A stretch of DNA of 64,000 bases from Amphiscolops sp. MND2022 (lineage: Eukaryota). Position 1 is the stretch's first letter. Each line of letters begins with the position of its first letter. The notes below the pieces were generated by a model, which worked only from the letters and a program-made list of their open reading frames with translations, was not told the DNA's origin and did not search any database. The stretch is from assembly GCA_964187785.1 (NCBI GenBank), contig OZ076413.1:37014001-37078000 (forward strand). Reading direction: 5' to 3'. The translations under genes were made by a program, and so were the position numbers. This document shows positions 1 to 13,349 of this stretch, one piece after another.

Positions 1-796
1 TTGCTTGAGGATATTACATACTTACAAACACTCTACTACATCCCCCCGTTTAAGGGACAGGATTACTCAACCCTAAATAACTTCAACCCTCCTTCACTTG
101 TAAAAACGGTATCATAGTTAACTATACAAAGAATAAACAAAATTGAAACAATGGGGTGTTGGAAATTGAAGACAGGACCTAGTTTATTTTTAAAAATGTC
201 ATGGTCAGAAACAGTTAGTTCAAATCATTAAACCTTACATTGACATATTTAGTTTCACTGATTTGTGTGTATGTACGTGTTGTTTACATGTATGTATGAG
301 TTAATGTACGTATGCGTTAATTATTTAATCGCGTAATTCAGTCAAAAGTAAGATGTTATTTGGTCAAAGTAATTAGACGTCAAATGACTATTCAATATAA
401 ATTTATGTGTTTGAATTCCTTATTAAATTTGCGTTAACCAGTCCAACTTTGATAAACATACACTTTTTGGTAGTTTTAAACAAGAATACTCATAAAAAGT
501 GAAATTTAATCAATTGACTAATTTACACCTTACATAAGTTGTTTATTAATTTTGACTATTTTATAATATCCTTGGGACTCAGCATTCGGTTCCATCCCAC
601 TTTCAAATAGAAGTTGGAATCCCTTCCTAAAGCTTTGGAATTCCGCGTTCTTTTCTTCTCCATTTACCGCCTTTTCAAGACGCCGAGTTGGGGTTGGCAT
701 TGAAATTCATGAAGGTTGCTACTGAAGCGGGAAAAGGAACTGAATTTACATCGAAGAAGTAACTACTGAAAAACAAAATATGAAAATGAAAATTAA
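1..796 (+). repeat. Direct duplication of 2630-3428 (flank plus ~225 bp of Gypsy-1 LTR sequence); runs off window start
   Basis: Position 1 TTGCTTGAGGATATTACATAC recurs at 2630 (offset 2629). Near-identity continues to ...AAAATGAAAATTAACT at ~796/3428. Confidence 0.95.
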
Positions 797-1329
797 CTGG
801 TTATGGTTACTGTTACCAGACTACTGGAATGGTCAGGTTGAACTTATGCGATTTGTCAACACAAATTGCAGTATTTTATAACTCTAATTGCAAGTGAATC
901 TCATCGCTGATGCTGATGGGGAGTTAAAAATTTACCGGAATTTCAATGAAAAGAAACTTCATTAGCCGAAACGATTTGAGGGAAATCTTAGGGACGTTTG
1001 GATGGAAGGTACCACACATTTTGCGCAGGGATGTAAAATTTTGCATTTGAAGTTTATTATCAAAAAAGAGTATTCAATAATTGCCTAAAAGTCGCGTAAA
1101 AGATCTGATATACTCGTTTATTGATCATCAATATAAATTGGACCAAAACGCAAATACGTTGAATCGAGAAACAAATATTTTATAATGTACGAAACAAAAA
1201 CTAACTACTATATATATAAATTTAAAAAAAACTACAGTATGTTATTTTTTTATTCACCTAATTTATCAACTAATGTATCTATTGTCAATATCTTTAAACA
1301 CAATATATTTTTTACATCCGTGGTATAGA

Positions 1330-2360
1330 GTCGCCTGGCAGTGTATATGAGGGGATCAATCAACTATTGTTTTATCTTTATTCTCTTCAAAAGGGATGCA
1401 GAGGATCTTCAATTGTGCCTTCCTATTGCTGTGAAACGGGATAACAACGCTGCCGTCGTTTGCCAACTCGCTCTGGGGAAATACAGAGAAGTCTGTATAG
1501 CGACTATTGATCTTTATTCTCATCAAAAAAGGATGCAGAGGATCTTAAATTGTGCCCTCCTAGTGCTGTGAAAGGGGATAACAACGCTGTCGTAGTTTAG
1601 CTAATCGCTATGGGGTAAATACAGAGTATTCTGTATAGCGACGATTTAGCTTCATTCTCATCAAAAAGATGCAGAGGATCTTCAATTGTGCCCTCCTATT
1701 GCTGTGAAAGGGATTAACAACGCTGTCGTTGTTTGCCAAATCGCTATGAGGATAATACAGAGTAGTCTGCATAGCGACGATTCATCTTTTTTCACATCAA
1801 AAAGGGATGCAGTAGCTCAGTGGATCTCCATTTATGCCTTCCGGTCACTGTGAAGGGGAAAGACGTCGTTTACCAAATCGATATGGGGGAATACAGATTG
1901 GTCTGTATAGAGTCCCCTAACAGCGTCTATGTGAGAATCGATCCGGTGGTAGACAACGCGTCTAGCTTCACTTCATATCCATGTGAAATATCAACCTCGG
2001 TACTACATCATATATGCCGTTGCATTGCAATCATATTTAAACTCAGACAAACTTTATATTTCGTTTGTCTGACTGTTTCACTTGAATTGTATAATATTTT
2101 CCAATTGAATTGTATAATACTTTTAACAGTTCTAAGTAACAATTTCATTTTAAACTGGATTACAATCAAGCGTGTATTAATACAATGTTTCACTCCAATG
2201 CGGTATTGTTTCAGTTAAGAAAACGTCAGTATTGGATGATGATTAGTATTAAAATCTGAGTGATCCGTAGTGAATCACAAAAATCCAAACCACAAAGTTT
2301 GTGCTTGAAATTTTGACTCACTGTCATGATCAGCTTGATTAAGTGTTGTGAAAGTCAGTT
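1330..2360 (+). repeat. Interspersed repeat family; inverted homolog at ~39400-40330, partial direct copy at ~40860-41060
   Basis: Reverse complements match, e.g. GATCCGGTGGTAGACAACG vs CGTTGTCTACCGCCGGATC and ACAGTTCTAAGTAAC vs GTTACTTAGAACTGT. ORFs 1820..2218 and 39872..40081 share IDP.VDN..SFTSY..EIST. Confidence 0.85.
1385..1930 (+). repeat. Tandem repeat, ~137-bp unit, ~4 copies
   Basis: CA(T)CAAAA(G)GGATGCAGAGGATCTTCAATTGTGCC recurs at ~1388, 1521, 1659 and 1795. Confidence 0.9.
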
Positions 2361-3199
2361 TCGTAGCTGAAAGGTGTCTTCTGCTATAATTAGGTGAAGA
2401 CGGACTGCTTGCTGTTGCACTTCTCCTACTTCTCCAGTAACATTTCTTTCATGCCCAACCAAACAACAGAAGGTGCTAATTCGTGTTGGGGGATGGTAAA
2501 TTCGGAACAAGGGGTAACTGGGGGGGATTGAGCACATGTTCCAGTTCAATATATGGTCCAGTAAAGTTTATGTTTGAAAATTTTGATTTCTGTCATGCTC
2601 AGTAAGCAATTAGTTCAAATTATGATAAATTGCTTGAGGATATTACATACTTACAAACACTCTACTACATCCCCCCGTTTAAGGGACAGGATTACTCAAC
2701 CCTAAATAACTTCAACCCTCCTTCACTTGTAAAAACGGTATCATAGTTAACTATACAAAGAATAAACAAAATTGAAACAATGGGGTGTTGGAAATTGAAC
2801 ACAGGACCTAGTTTATTTTTAAAAATGTCATGGTCAGAAACAGTTAGTTCAAATCATTAAACCTTACATTGACATATTTAGTTACACTGATTTGTTTGTA
2901 TGTACGTGTTGTTTACATGTATGTATGAAATAATGTACGTATGCGTGAATTATTTAATCGCGTAATTCAGTCAAAGGGAAGATGTTATTTGGTCAAAGTA
3001 ATTAGACGTCAAATGACTATTCAATATAAATTTATGTGTTTGAATTCCTTATTAAATTTGCGTTAACCAGTCCAACTTTGATAAATATACACTTTTTGGT
3101 AGTTTTAAACAAGAATACTCATAAAAAGTGAAATTTAATCAATTGACTAATTTACACCTTACATAAGTTGTTTATTAACTTTGACTATTTTATAATATC

Positions 3200-4522
3200 C
3201 TTGGGGAGTCAGCATTCGGTTCCATCCCACTTTCAAATAAAAGTGGGAATCCCTTCCTAAAGCTTTCGAATTCCGCGTTCCTTTCTTCTCCATTTACCGC
3301 CTTTTCAAGACGCCGAGTTGGAGTTGGCATTGAAAATCATGAAGGTAGCTACTGAAGCGGGAAAAGGAACTGAATTTACATCGAAGAATTAACTGCTGAA
3401 AAACAAAATATGAAAATGAAAACTAACTCGCTCTGACAATCATTTAATCAGGCAATTAACACTGTTAATTAACGTTTAAAAAACACTACGGCACAAAGAC
3501 TCCCCGGTCATATGCCAGGTTGTCTTAACGTTCTGAGTGGCCTGGCGTAGTGACCAGGTGGTTGATCCAACGATCTGGACAATACATTACAACGAACTGA
3601 AATTGAATGCAACTACAAAATTGCACACTATAATACAACAAACAAAACAACTATGGTTAACAAGTGTATCACTTCATGTAATACGGCTAGATTATAGGTG
3701 GAATGGGCAAAATAGGGCAAAGGAGGGATTAGTACGTTTAACGCTTAACATTCGGTAATTACGGGTTAGATAGTTTTTGGACAACCTTATATTAGCACTC
3801 TTGTTCGAACGATTGAGTTGTTATCCCAACTTGTTATCTCAACTATTTCATATTGTAGGTTAGGCTGGTGGCCCAGGGGGGTGAACCAATCATAAAATTA
3901 ATGAATTCACCATATCATTATTGTACCATCACTAATGTCTTTTCCGTTAGGTATATTTCCGTTATCTTTTACAATGAGTTTCTTTTAAACTCTGGTTTGC
4001 TATTAAAATAGTACTTGGTTTCAATCGGTTACAGCTGCGTTTCAACCATTTCGAACGAGCGACTGAGCGTGCGTCCCAGTTCCGCTCAGCTGGTAGGCTA
4101 CCTGAGCGGTTGACTCAGATTTATTGGGTAGCACTATTCAAGCTCAACGCTGATTGGTTGTGGCAAAAGAGTGGTTGGAATTTAGTAGCTGCTTGCGGGG
4201 CGACACTCCAGTCGACGCGCTAGCTGAATTAAATTCGGTCAACGCGCTGGCTGTTTGACTGTAAACAAATCACTGCACTTATTACTATATAATTATTTAC
4301 ATATTTATGTATTTTAAACACTGCTCAAAAAAGGTTATTAGTATTATTTGTAGATTGTCGTAATGATTTATTGATATTATTTGTTGTTTGTTGTTGTTTT
4401 CTTTTCAGGTTTGGTTTGTTTCTCTGTTTCTTTCCGGTCATCTTACCGGTCGTTTTCTCCACTTACTTCTCTCGGCGTTTCTATTGTGTTTGTAATCCCG
4501 CAGCTCTGCTGGGACTGCGACA
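3200..4522 (-). repeat. Gypsy-1 3' LTR (truncated at low-coordinate end)
   Basis: Homologous to 14641-16192. Minus-strand start TGTCGCAG is preceded by purine-rich AAGAAAGCCAGGGAC. Confidence 0.85.
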
Positions 4523-4772
4523 GTCCCTGGCTTTCTTGAGGAACGTCCACAATAAGAGGAAGTAGAGAAATTGGCGGGAAACGAGATGAGATGGGTGGGT
4601 TAAAAACATATTGTACTAATGAATCGTTTGACATCCATGATGAATCTGTCGTCCAATCACTGCCCGAAAAATGACCGATTGAGCTATGTTCGCGCGATAC
4701 TGGTCTAATTGTGCCATCGTTAGGGCTGTAGAGCCAGTTCGCTGTATCGTCATAATTTCGGGGTGGGCTCAT
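4443..4772 (-). CDS. Small sense-strand ORF of unknown function reading across the PPT into the 3' LTR
   Basis: 109-aa ORF; GLSQ codons span the LTR boundary. No domain recognised. Confidence 0.3.
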   Translation of the reverse strand: MSPPRNYDDTANWLYSPNDGTIRPVSREHSSIGHFSGSDWTTDSSWMSNDSLVQYVFNPPISSRFPPISLLPLIVDVPQESQGLSQSQQSCGITNTIETPREVSGENDR

Positions 4773-5279
4773 GTATATGTCATCCGGTATCAGTGGGTTA
4801 TGTAGGGTAAAGCGGCGAATAGTTGATGTGTCTTCTTGGGCAGTATGTAATAAGGATACATTTGCAATATCATGATGTAATACTACGTGCCCTTGGTCTG
4901 TTTTGATGAACTTTGATAAACTTTTTCTATTAGAAATGATTGTTCCGCATGATTGATTTTCGGTGTCGTGTGCACTTGGGGTAATTGCAGGTATTCGTCT
5001 TGGTCGCGATCTACTATAAAGCAGTCTTGAGATAAATCAAGTTTTGTTGGTTGCATTCTTTGAATCTTCTTGAAGTATATGATAATAAGGATCGCGTGTA
5101 ATTAAATGACTGCTTGAGGAATAGTTAAGCGTTGAAGTGAGAAATACTATTCCTTTATTCTTGTTCACGCGGTTTGCGTGTTTGGGAAAGTGTTCAGCTG
5201 GCAGACTGAGTGACTTCCATTACGTCATATTAATATTCAATATTGACATATTTCTGTTGGTTTTACGCCACGTCTTCTG

Positions 5280-8200
5280 TTGGTTTATCTTGGTAGTTAT
5301 TATTTAGGTTTCTTTGAACAGAAGAAAATAGCAGATTCTACTGATGAGGATGCTGTCCGTTTTGCTCAGTCGCAGCAGATTGGAATTTTGGAAAGTGACG
5401 GTGAGTCTCTGGGAGGGAAGCAAGTCAAACCAGGAGATGAGAGTGATGAGAGTGTGGAAGCTGAGGAGAGTCGAGTTGATGATGCCACCGTGGAAAAGAG
5501 TGGAAATGCAACGATGGAAAAGAGTGCAGTCATTGTGGAAGAAGGGAGAGAAGTTCGGTTGGGGGTGAATTGGGCGATGTGACAGGTGCTGATTCGAGTG
5601 TTACTTTGCAAGCTGAGACTCGTGTATGCCGTAAAATTGCTGGTTTCGGCGAAGTTGATACAGACGACAGTTTCGGTGACGAAAATGACAGGGGTTCTGA
5701 TGCTGCATCTCCCGGAGACAGTTCTGCTTGTGGTGACGACGATGCTGGGTCCATCCATTCTTCTGGCAGTGATGCTCGCCATGAACTGGATTTTCTACTC
5801 GACCAATCAGGTGGGTTGCTTAGCTATTTGTTATTGGCAAGTTAACAGTTTGATGCTAGTATACAGACGAGTCATTTCATCTACCTTCGTTTCGTTAGGG
5901 CTCTCAGATGATCCAAGCGATAAGGATTTCACTATTTCCTCAGCTGCAGGCAATGTCGGCTCACGTCGCAGTAAACGTCTGCTATCAGCGGTGCCGAGTG
6001 GTTCAACGAAGCGGGTGCGCACTGATGTGTTGAGCTCTGATGACAGTCCTGGTCTTGGTTTCTCTGGTGTCCTTGGTGGAGACGGAGACAATGAAGGTAG
6101 GTAGTTCATATATTGGTTTCGCTGTTGTGGTCCAGAATTTTGTAGTTACTGCGTGTTGTTTTCAGCGCAGACTTCCATGCCTCAAGAAGGGGCGTATTTA
6201 CTGTTATGGGTGATTTTCCCGGCGGGTCGTATGATGTTTCCCCGCTCCAATTAGCTGGTATGACAGCCAGTAGTTCAAAGTCGAAGCGTGGTCGCACGCA
6301 ACATAGTCGCCCTGCTGAAGGATTGGAGAGGTCTGTTCTGCATAACGAATGGGCTAAAGGTAAAGTTTCACGTTAACTTATTTGCATTATTGTCGTCGTG
6401 TGTCTGATAGCTTCATGTACATTAGGGTCTTCCGTGGCTAGTTATTGTCACTGTCCTGTTTTGTTTAGCTGGCCTGAAAGAAATGCCTACTGGGGCAGTG
6501 TGCCCGTCTTCGACTGTGGGTCTGGAACGATCTCATTCGCGGGTGGAAGAAAAGTCTGTGTCGCGTCAAAAGTGTACTTTGCGTTTCTTTTAGTAATCCA
6601 TCTGATTCTGTGTGTTGTTAGTATCGTCTAGTGATTTTGACTGAGCTGTCTTGTGTTTGGTTGGCGTTCGTTGGTCATCCGAGTGAAATTGGGTTATCAC
6701 GCGTTTGTGTGATTTAGGTATCGAAGAAGTTGTGCGATTGCTGAAATCGAAGGGCATTCAGTTACCGGGACGAGGAGATCAGCTGGATGATGAAGAAAAA
6801 AAAACAAAAGGCAATTTGTTCGCGAAGTATGAGCGAATAAGGAGGAGACAGACGGAGCGCCACGTGTTACGCAAAGAGATGGCCGTTCATGCTATTCCGC
6901 AACTTTTCGTCAGTCAGAGGTCGGACAATAACCCGAACGGCTTCAATTGTGCCCATTGTCAGAAGGACATCAGTTTCCAGAGTCGTGGTGCCCCTGAAAT
7001 CTGGCGTTAATTCAGCCGCAAGAGCCATTACTTGAAAGATCGGCGATATCGACTGGATCATGAGGATATGTTCTACACCCCTCAGTTTGATGCTGTGGAA
7101 GTGGCTACCATTTTGGGGAAATTGAGGGCCGAGATAGAGGAAATTCCCCCTGTCGTTCTGGGGAAAAAGAATCCGTTCCAAGAAGACAAAGTGGATGCTC
7201 TGGTCGGTGTTGTTTCGCATGTGCCATCTGCAACATTGGTGGAGGGGGCTATTTGAGCTCCTCCGTAGTGGTAGTTCACATAGCTTCCTCCGAAGTCTTT
7301 GGAACCAGTTTCGTGCTACCAACCCAGTCGAGTCGATCTATTCGCAGGCCACTTGGAGCAAGACGGAATCACTAGTGATTGTCAGTCAGACTTTGTATGC
7401 TCGTATTCTTCGCCGAGCTCAGTCCTGGTGTAAAATCTCAGTGTTCAGTATTCTGTTTTGCGAGGAGGGCAATGGAGTCACTTGTATCGTTCGATGTCAA
7501 GTTGATGATCGCGTCCGAGAAGTGTGCCTCTTGTGGGAGCTTTACAGTGCTGGCATTTGTGATGCAGAAATCCGTTGTCTGTCTTGGGATTTATCTATCT
7601 TGGCTGATGGGCAGTCTCCTGTTGCTTTGCTCGGCTGCTCTTCAACTTTGTTCAACGTGTTCAGTGAGTGGTGTCGGTCGCATGGTCGGTTGGTGCCTCT
7701 TTCTCTGTTGGAGTATTCGTCATCTGTCTTCAAGGGTCATGTTCGGGAAGCGGGCATGGTCGGTGCTCACTGTTTGGATCCTTTCACTGTTCTGGAGTTC
7801 CTGTTATTGCGCTTTGAAAAAGCTCTTCATCAACCCTGGTTGATAGGGCTCGTGTAGTTTCGCCAGTGTGTTCAACACCGGAAGATTCCTTTTGCTGCTT
7901 TGGGCGCCGTACTGGAGGAGCTCGTAGATCATTGGGAAGACGTTAAACTCTTCTTCAAGGAAAGTGGTAGTACACCTACCCCACGCGGGAAGACTCCTGT
8001 TGACTTGGTTTAAGTGATTGTGTCGGACACCTACGTTCTGCCCCCTTTGAGCCTGTTGCATGTGTTGGTGTCGTGATTCCAGTCGAACTTCGAAAAACAG
8101 TCTGACCAAACCGTCACTGATAATAGTTGTTGGAATTATGCCGAGTTCTCTTTCTTCTTCTGGAGCCTTCTGGGAAAGGTGAAGAAGTTGTCCGATTTGC

Positions 8201-9294
8201 TTGGTATTGAAGAGTGGAGTAAATACATTTGTCGGCCTCTGTCAACATGGGCGAACCTGTCTTACATCAATTGCTTAGGAAGTGAGCCGATAGTTATCAT
8301 GGCATTGGATGGCTGCAGTGATGCTGTCAAACGGAGTTTCCTGCGAGAGTGCCAGGGTTCTCTGATGGAACTCCTGAAAGTGCTGAATACGTCTGCCTAC
8401 GCGACTTCTCGGTTGTCTTCCAGCCTCAGTTGTTTCTCCCCGGATAAGCTTCTACAGGGAGATGAGGCGTATCCTGTTTCACTGTTCCGTGACCTGGTAT
8501 CCTGTTTGCAGACATGTGGACGGTTGTCTTCTGTGGAGGCTGAGGGTGCTGCCAATGAGTCCAAGTCGTTATTTGTTGACTTGTGACGACGCAATCGGCA
8601 AGTGATTTCGACTATCAAGGACGGTTTCTGCTTTCTTTGGAAGAGTGGCTTTAGAGTGCATCTATCGAAAGTTGTGGTTGCAGTATCTGTTGGAGTTGTG
8701 CCGCGTGTGATTCAGTATCCGGTGGTGGAAATTTCACTCAGTGGGGCAGCTGTCCCTGAGAAAGTTCTGTTGTCTTCGATTCAGGCAGTTCAGTCGTATA
8801 TTTCTGACAGTGGTTTAGTCTCAGGAGGATTGCTGACAAAGGACTGTCTTGACGAGTTGAAGGCCAATCTTCCAGTCGGGCATGTTTTCATGTCTGATGC
8901 CACATTTGCTCCTTGGCGTTCTCTGTATGTTCATACTCGACAAGACATCTTTCGGGACCTCCGTGATAGCTTCAATGATTACTACATGGAGCAAGTCGCA
9001 GATTGGCGTCGACGAGCTGGGCTGGGTGTGTTCTCTGTAACTTCTCCTACTAGTAAGTTGCCTGTTGTCGGAGACGTCAAAACTGGGTCTGGGGCCGTGT
9101 CTTTTGTCCGTCAGGGGACCTCGATTGATGCTCTAGTTCCGAGTGCTGCTGCTCAGTCGTCGAAAGTTGCCGTGTCCGTCGGTGATTCCAGTGATGTGGC
9201 CGAAAGGCTGAGAGAGAAGAAAGGCGCATCTCGTTCGCGCAGTTCGAGTAAAGGAAGTTCTGGGAAGCCTCGCGGTTGTGGGTCTCAGGAATGA
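5280..9294 (+). pseudogene. Gypsy-1 antisense cargo: acidic/low-complexity N-terminus, BED-like C2H2 finger, degenerate hAT-like core; spliced
   Basis: FNCAHCQKDISFQSRGAPEIWR*FSRKSH finger. Frame-preserving GT-AG introns at 6101-6165 and 6360-6425. LEELVDHWEDVKLFF resembles the hAT insertion-domain helix. Several stops and frameshifts. Confidence 0.65.
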
Positions 9295-9759
9295 TGGCCC
9301 GGAAATTGATGATAAACTTCGTTGGCGATAGTTATTTGCAAACTTTTAGTATAGTTTCTGTTTTTGTTGTACTCGAATTGTTGACTTTGGATTAATTTCC
9401 ATTGTGTAGCTTGATGAATTTCGATTTGTATTATTAATCCCTCTGGGTTTGTTGATATTGATGTTAAATGTACGCGAAAAAGGAAAAACAAAGAGGAAAA
9501 GAAAAAACAAAGGGGGCGTCATCAATATAATCTTTGCTCCACTATTTGAGTCCTTTGAGTCCTTAGTTGAGTAGTAGAGATATGAGTTAGTCGTAGGTAA
9601 CCGATTAAGTAAGTAGTAAGTGTACCATTTCACGAGTTCGTGTGAAGAGTTTATTCATTTACGTTGACGACCACGGGGTCGTAGTAAGCATAATCTCTTT
9701 TCCAATTTGAAGGGGGGTTGCTACGAAAATTGTATTTTCCTTTCCGGGGGAACTAGGTT

Positions 9760-11130
9760 CTGGGTTAGGGTCGGGCTCTGGTTGGATTTTCTGTTGATCG
9801 GGTTAATTTTCCGGTAGGATGTCTGGGTCGACGTCCTGGGCGACATTTTCTGGGTTGTCTTCCCTTTCGGTCAATATGATTGCAGGTTCACCATTCGATT
9901 TGTGTTCGGGTGCCAAAACGAAGTGTTCAAACCTGGACTGCCATGCTAGAGCTTATAAATCATCGTGTAGGATTTCAAATTCATTGTCTGGTTGGAAATC
10001 CTAGGTTTGGACTTGTATGTCTGGTAGGCGGTCCTTGGTAGGGCATGGTTTCATGCGTATTCTGTGTAAACTTTGCGTTTTGTTTGTTTGTAATTTACGG
10101 ATTAGGTATTTATTGTTGGGGAGAGTTTTAACTACTACGAATGGTCCTGTCCATAAATACTCGCGGAAAGGTAGTTTTAATCCCTGGGTGTTTGTCTGGG
10201 GGTGTAAGGCGTAGCAGTAGTCGTTTGTTGCTAGGGGGTGGGCAGAGTCTTCCTTGTCATAGTACTGTTTGTACCGTATGTAAGCGTGGAGGAGGTGTTT
10301 GCTCACTGATCCGTGTATCATTCGAGTCTTTTGGACAACTTCTTTGCCTACGCCTGTCGTTGGGTTTTTGATTTGGCTCCGTTTGAGGCCGAATTTCAGG
10401 TTGAGGACATCATATGGTACTCTGCCATGGAACACTCTACTAGATTCACATCCTAGGGCTGAGTAGTACGTTGTGTTATAGTTGAGTGTGGCTGTTGGTA
10501 CAAATTGGAGCCACATTGTTCTCCTTTCTCCCGTAGATATTTTCAAAGCTTCCTTCAGCGATGCATGAGAGCGTTCCAGGATGCCTATTGTCTGGGCATG
10601 TTTTGTTTTGGTGTGTCGTAATTGGATGCCCAGTACTCTTGTGGTGTCGTCTACTACTTCTGACATAAACTGGGTTCCTTTGTCGGTTATGATCGTCATA
10701 TGCAGGTAGGCGTGGCGTGTCATGATGTCTACCAGCACACTTGCCATTGTTCTTGCGTCTATTTTGGTGACGCAGAAGGTAAATAGGTAGCGTGAAAATA
10801 TGTCCATGGCGGTGACTATCGCCGCGAATCCGTCTGATGGTTCGTCAAACGGGAAGATGTCGATTTGTAGGGCGTCCTCTAGTCCCATTGCCAGTTTAGA
10901 TGTATTGATCATTTTCGGGGTGAGGAGGCGATTGTCTGTTCGTTTCGTTTCCATGCATTTCATGCATTGATTGATGTTTTTGGCTGTTTTAGCTGCAAGA
11001 CTTGGGTAAAAGTACTTTTCCCTGCACTGTTGTATCACCTTAGTTATCCCAGGGTGTTTGTCGTGCATCCCGTGGTGGGCTTCGATAAATGAGTCGACTG
11101 AGTGTTCGGGGAGTAGTACCTGTAGGTATT
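9760..11130 (-). pseudogene. pol: Gypsy-1 integrase (HHCC + DDE + C-terminal domain)
   Basis: ORF 10001..11068: H..KHPG...CMKC, LQIDIFP, IITDKGTQF, ILERSH, W.GPF.V. Confidence 0.95.
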
Positions 11131-12067
11131 TGACAGCGCTGGTCTCTCCGAAATACTGCCGGTATAGCTGTCCGTTCTTGAGTATGATTCGGGATTCTTG
11201 GGCTGTGTATTGTAGTGCCTGTGATTTGTAGCCATTAGGTGTTCATCGGACGGTTCTTTGAGGAGGCGTAGTTTATATTTTCGGAGGACGTTGTTTTGGT
11301 TCTGCTGGTGTCGCATGTCGCGGGGGAGAGTTTCTTTCTTCTCTGTGTTTTCAGTGCGTCTTGTTCTTTCCGTTTGAAATATGACACAGGTTGCTTCGGG
11401 TTGGGTTGTGTCGTTGTTTTATTCCTCTACTGCTACTGGAGTTTGCGGGGTGTCGTTTCCCAAGATCTTTTTGCGGGCTCTTTGTTTCCTCTCCCAAATA
11501 TGTTCCTTGGATTCAATGTCAACTTCCGGGAAGAAATAGAATTGTTCCTCTTCGGCGACGTTGGAGGATTGTATGTGCACTTCTATTGGTGCAGCTTGAA
11601 TGTCGTGGAGTTTGGCCTCCTGGGGTGACAATATGGTGAATTCCGCAACGATCGTATTCTTTTTGAGGGTGAATGGGCTCGATGATGTGCTGGTGACCCT
11701 TATTTCGATTTTTGAGTTCGTGACAATTGATGGTGCGCTCGCTACGACTAGTGCGTGTTCTCCTGAGTATGGTTCAGTAAGGTGGATGATTCCTGCGGTG
11801 TTTTTTAGGGTACGGAGATTGATGCCAGCTCATGATGGTGAGTTGGTTTTTGATGGTTACCTTATGGTGTCTTGAGACCGTTTCGTTGTCGTCTGCGGAA
11901 ATTGCATAGGTCAGGTGTGGGAAATATAGGAGGGCCTGACTGACGTCAAGTATTGCACTGTTGTGTTTGTTGAACGTTAGCACAAGAATAGGTCCCATCA
12001 TCTTTGTGGCTACGATAAACGTTTCTTTGAACGTCCATTCTCCTAGTTCGAAGTGGAGCTGTAAAGT

Positions 12068-12370
12068 TTACGTGGGTGTCTCTATGTCGCAGTTTGCGAC
12101 TTGCAATTTGAAGGTGGGTGGGTCCATTTCCTTGCGAATGTTGTCTGGGCTAACTGATTTGATTTTTTGGAATTCACTTTCTGGTAGGCAGTTAACGAGT
12201 GCCCCCGAATCAACAAGTACATCTACTGATAAAATGTTGAAGTCCATTGGGGGCGAAAAGCATCTTCCCCTTGTTTTTAGGTTGATGCTGAAAAGATAGG
12301 TATGCATTTTCCGCTTGTGTCTGGGTCTGTGATAGCGATTTCGGTCAGTTGTTTGTTGATGTGGATCCAA
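12068..12370 (-). pseudogene. pol: Gypsy-1 retropepsin-like aspartic protease
   Basis: VDVLVDSGALVNCLPE motif; frameshifted flanks. Confidence 0.9.
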
Positions 12371-13349
12371 TCTTCGTCCTGTTCTGGGTGGTGTAGCTCT
12401 TTGATTGGAGTTTGGATGTCAATGGTTGAGCTATTTATTGTGGGGTTGGTTTTTGCCGTTTGGTTGAACTCACAAGTAAGTGTTCGTTTGATACGTCGGG
12501 TTCGGTTGTTTATTGTGAGTTTGTCTGCCTGTGTGTAGTCCGCGCTTTTTTTGTTATTTCCCCGGGTTTCGTGGTTGGAATTTTTATGTTCAGAACTCTC
12601 TGGGCTTGAGAGAGACGACGTCATAGCTGCCCGGATTTCGTTGGAGTTGGCTGGAAGTTTCTTGGGTGACTGATGTTCAGTCAGTGGTAATTCCGTGTTG
12701 TGTTTGAGGATCGACTTGAGGGATGTCGTTGGTGGTGCCACGATGACTGTGATTTCTGTGTCGTGTTCTTTTTCAGCCTGTGTCTCGGGAGTATGGTTGA
12801 TGTCGTCTTTCCTTTTTGGAGCTGTTGAGATGTCCATGTTGGTTCTGGCAATGAATTCGAGAAATGGTACGTTGATCGATTGTCTGAAGGCAAGGTTTTG
12901 GGTGTCGTATATAGTTTCATTGAAGTAGGGGTCACATTCGAAGTCGTGGTCGTAAATATAGGTTTCTGTGGTGGTACTGGGAAGTAGGGGTCTACGGGTA
13001 GAGTTGTAATGGTTAGGGTTTCGGTCATACCAGTCGGGGAAGGCGAGTTTGTCAAGGGTGTTTTTGTTGAACTTCATGAGTCTTCGGACAAGCCATTGTC
13101 GCTGCCAGTCGATCGATGGTTCTCCTGAGCACTCCATGAACATTTCTTTGTCGCAGTCCTTCGGGGGTTCAGATATGGTGCAATGTCTGAAATCGGTGTA
13201 TTACCCGAAGCGAGGACGTGGCTTTAGTAGTTTTTTGGCTGGGCGAGTTGTTCTGCAACGGTTTGTGGCTGCTGGTTTATTTGCGGATGTTGTAGGACTT
13301 CGGGTGCAGTCTGTTGTGGTAGGTGTATGTTGTTTGAGCCTGATGGTTT

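Noticed and set aside
1341-2218. ORFs 1341..1571 and 1820..2218 as protein genes
   Set aside because: They are translations of a tandem/interspersed repeat, and frames are not conserved between copies.
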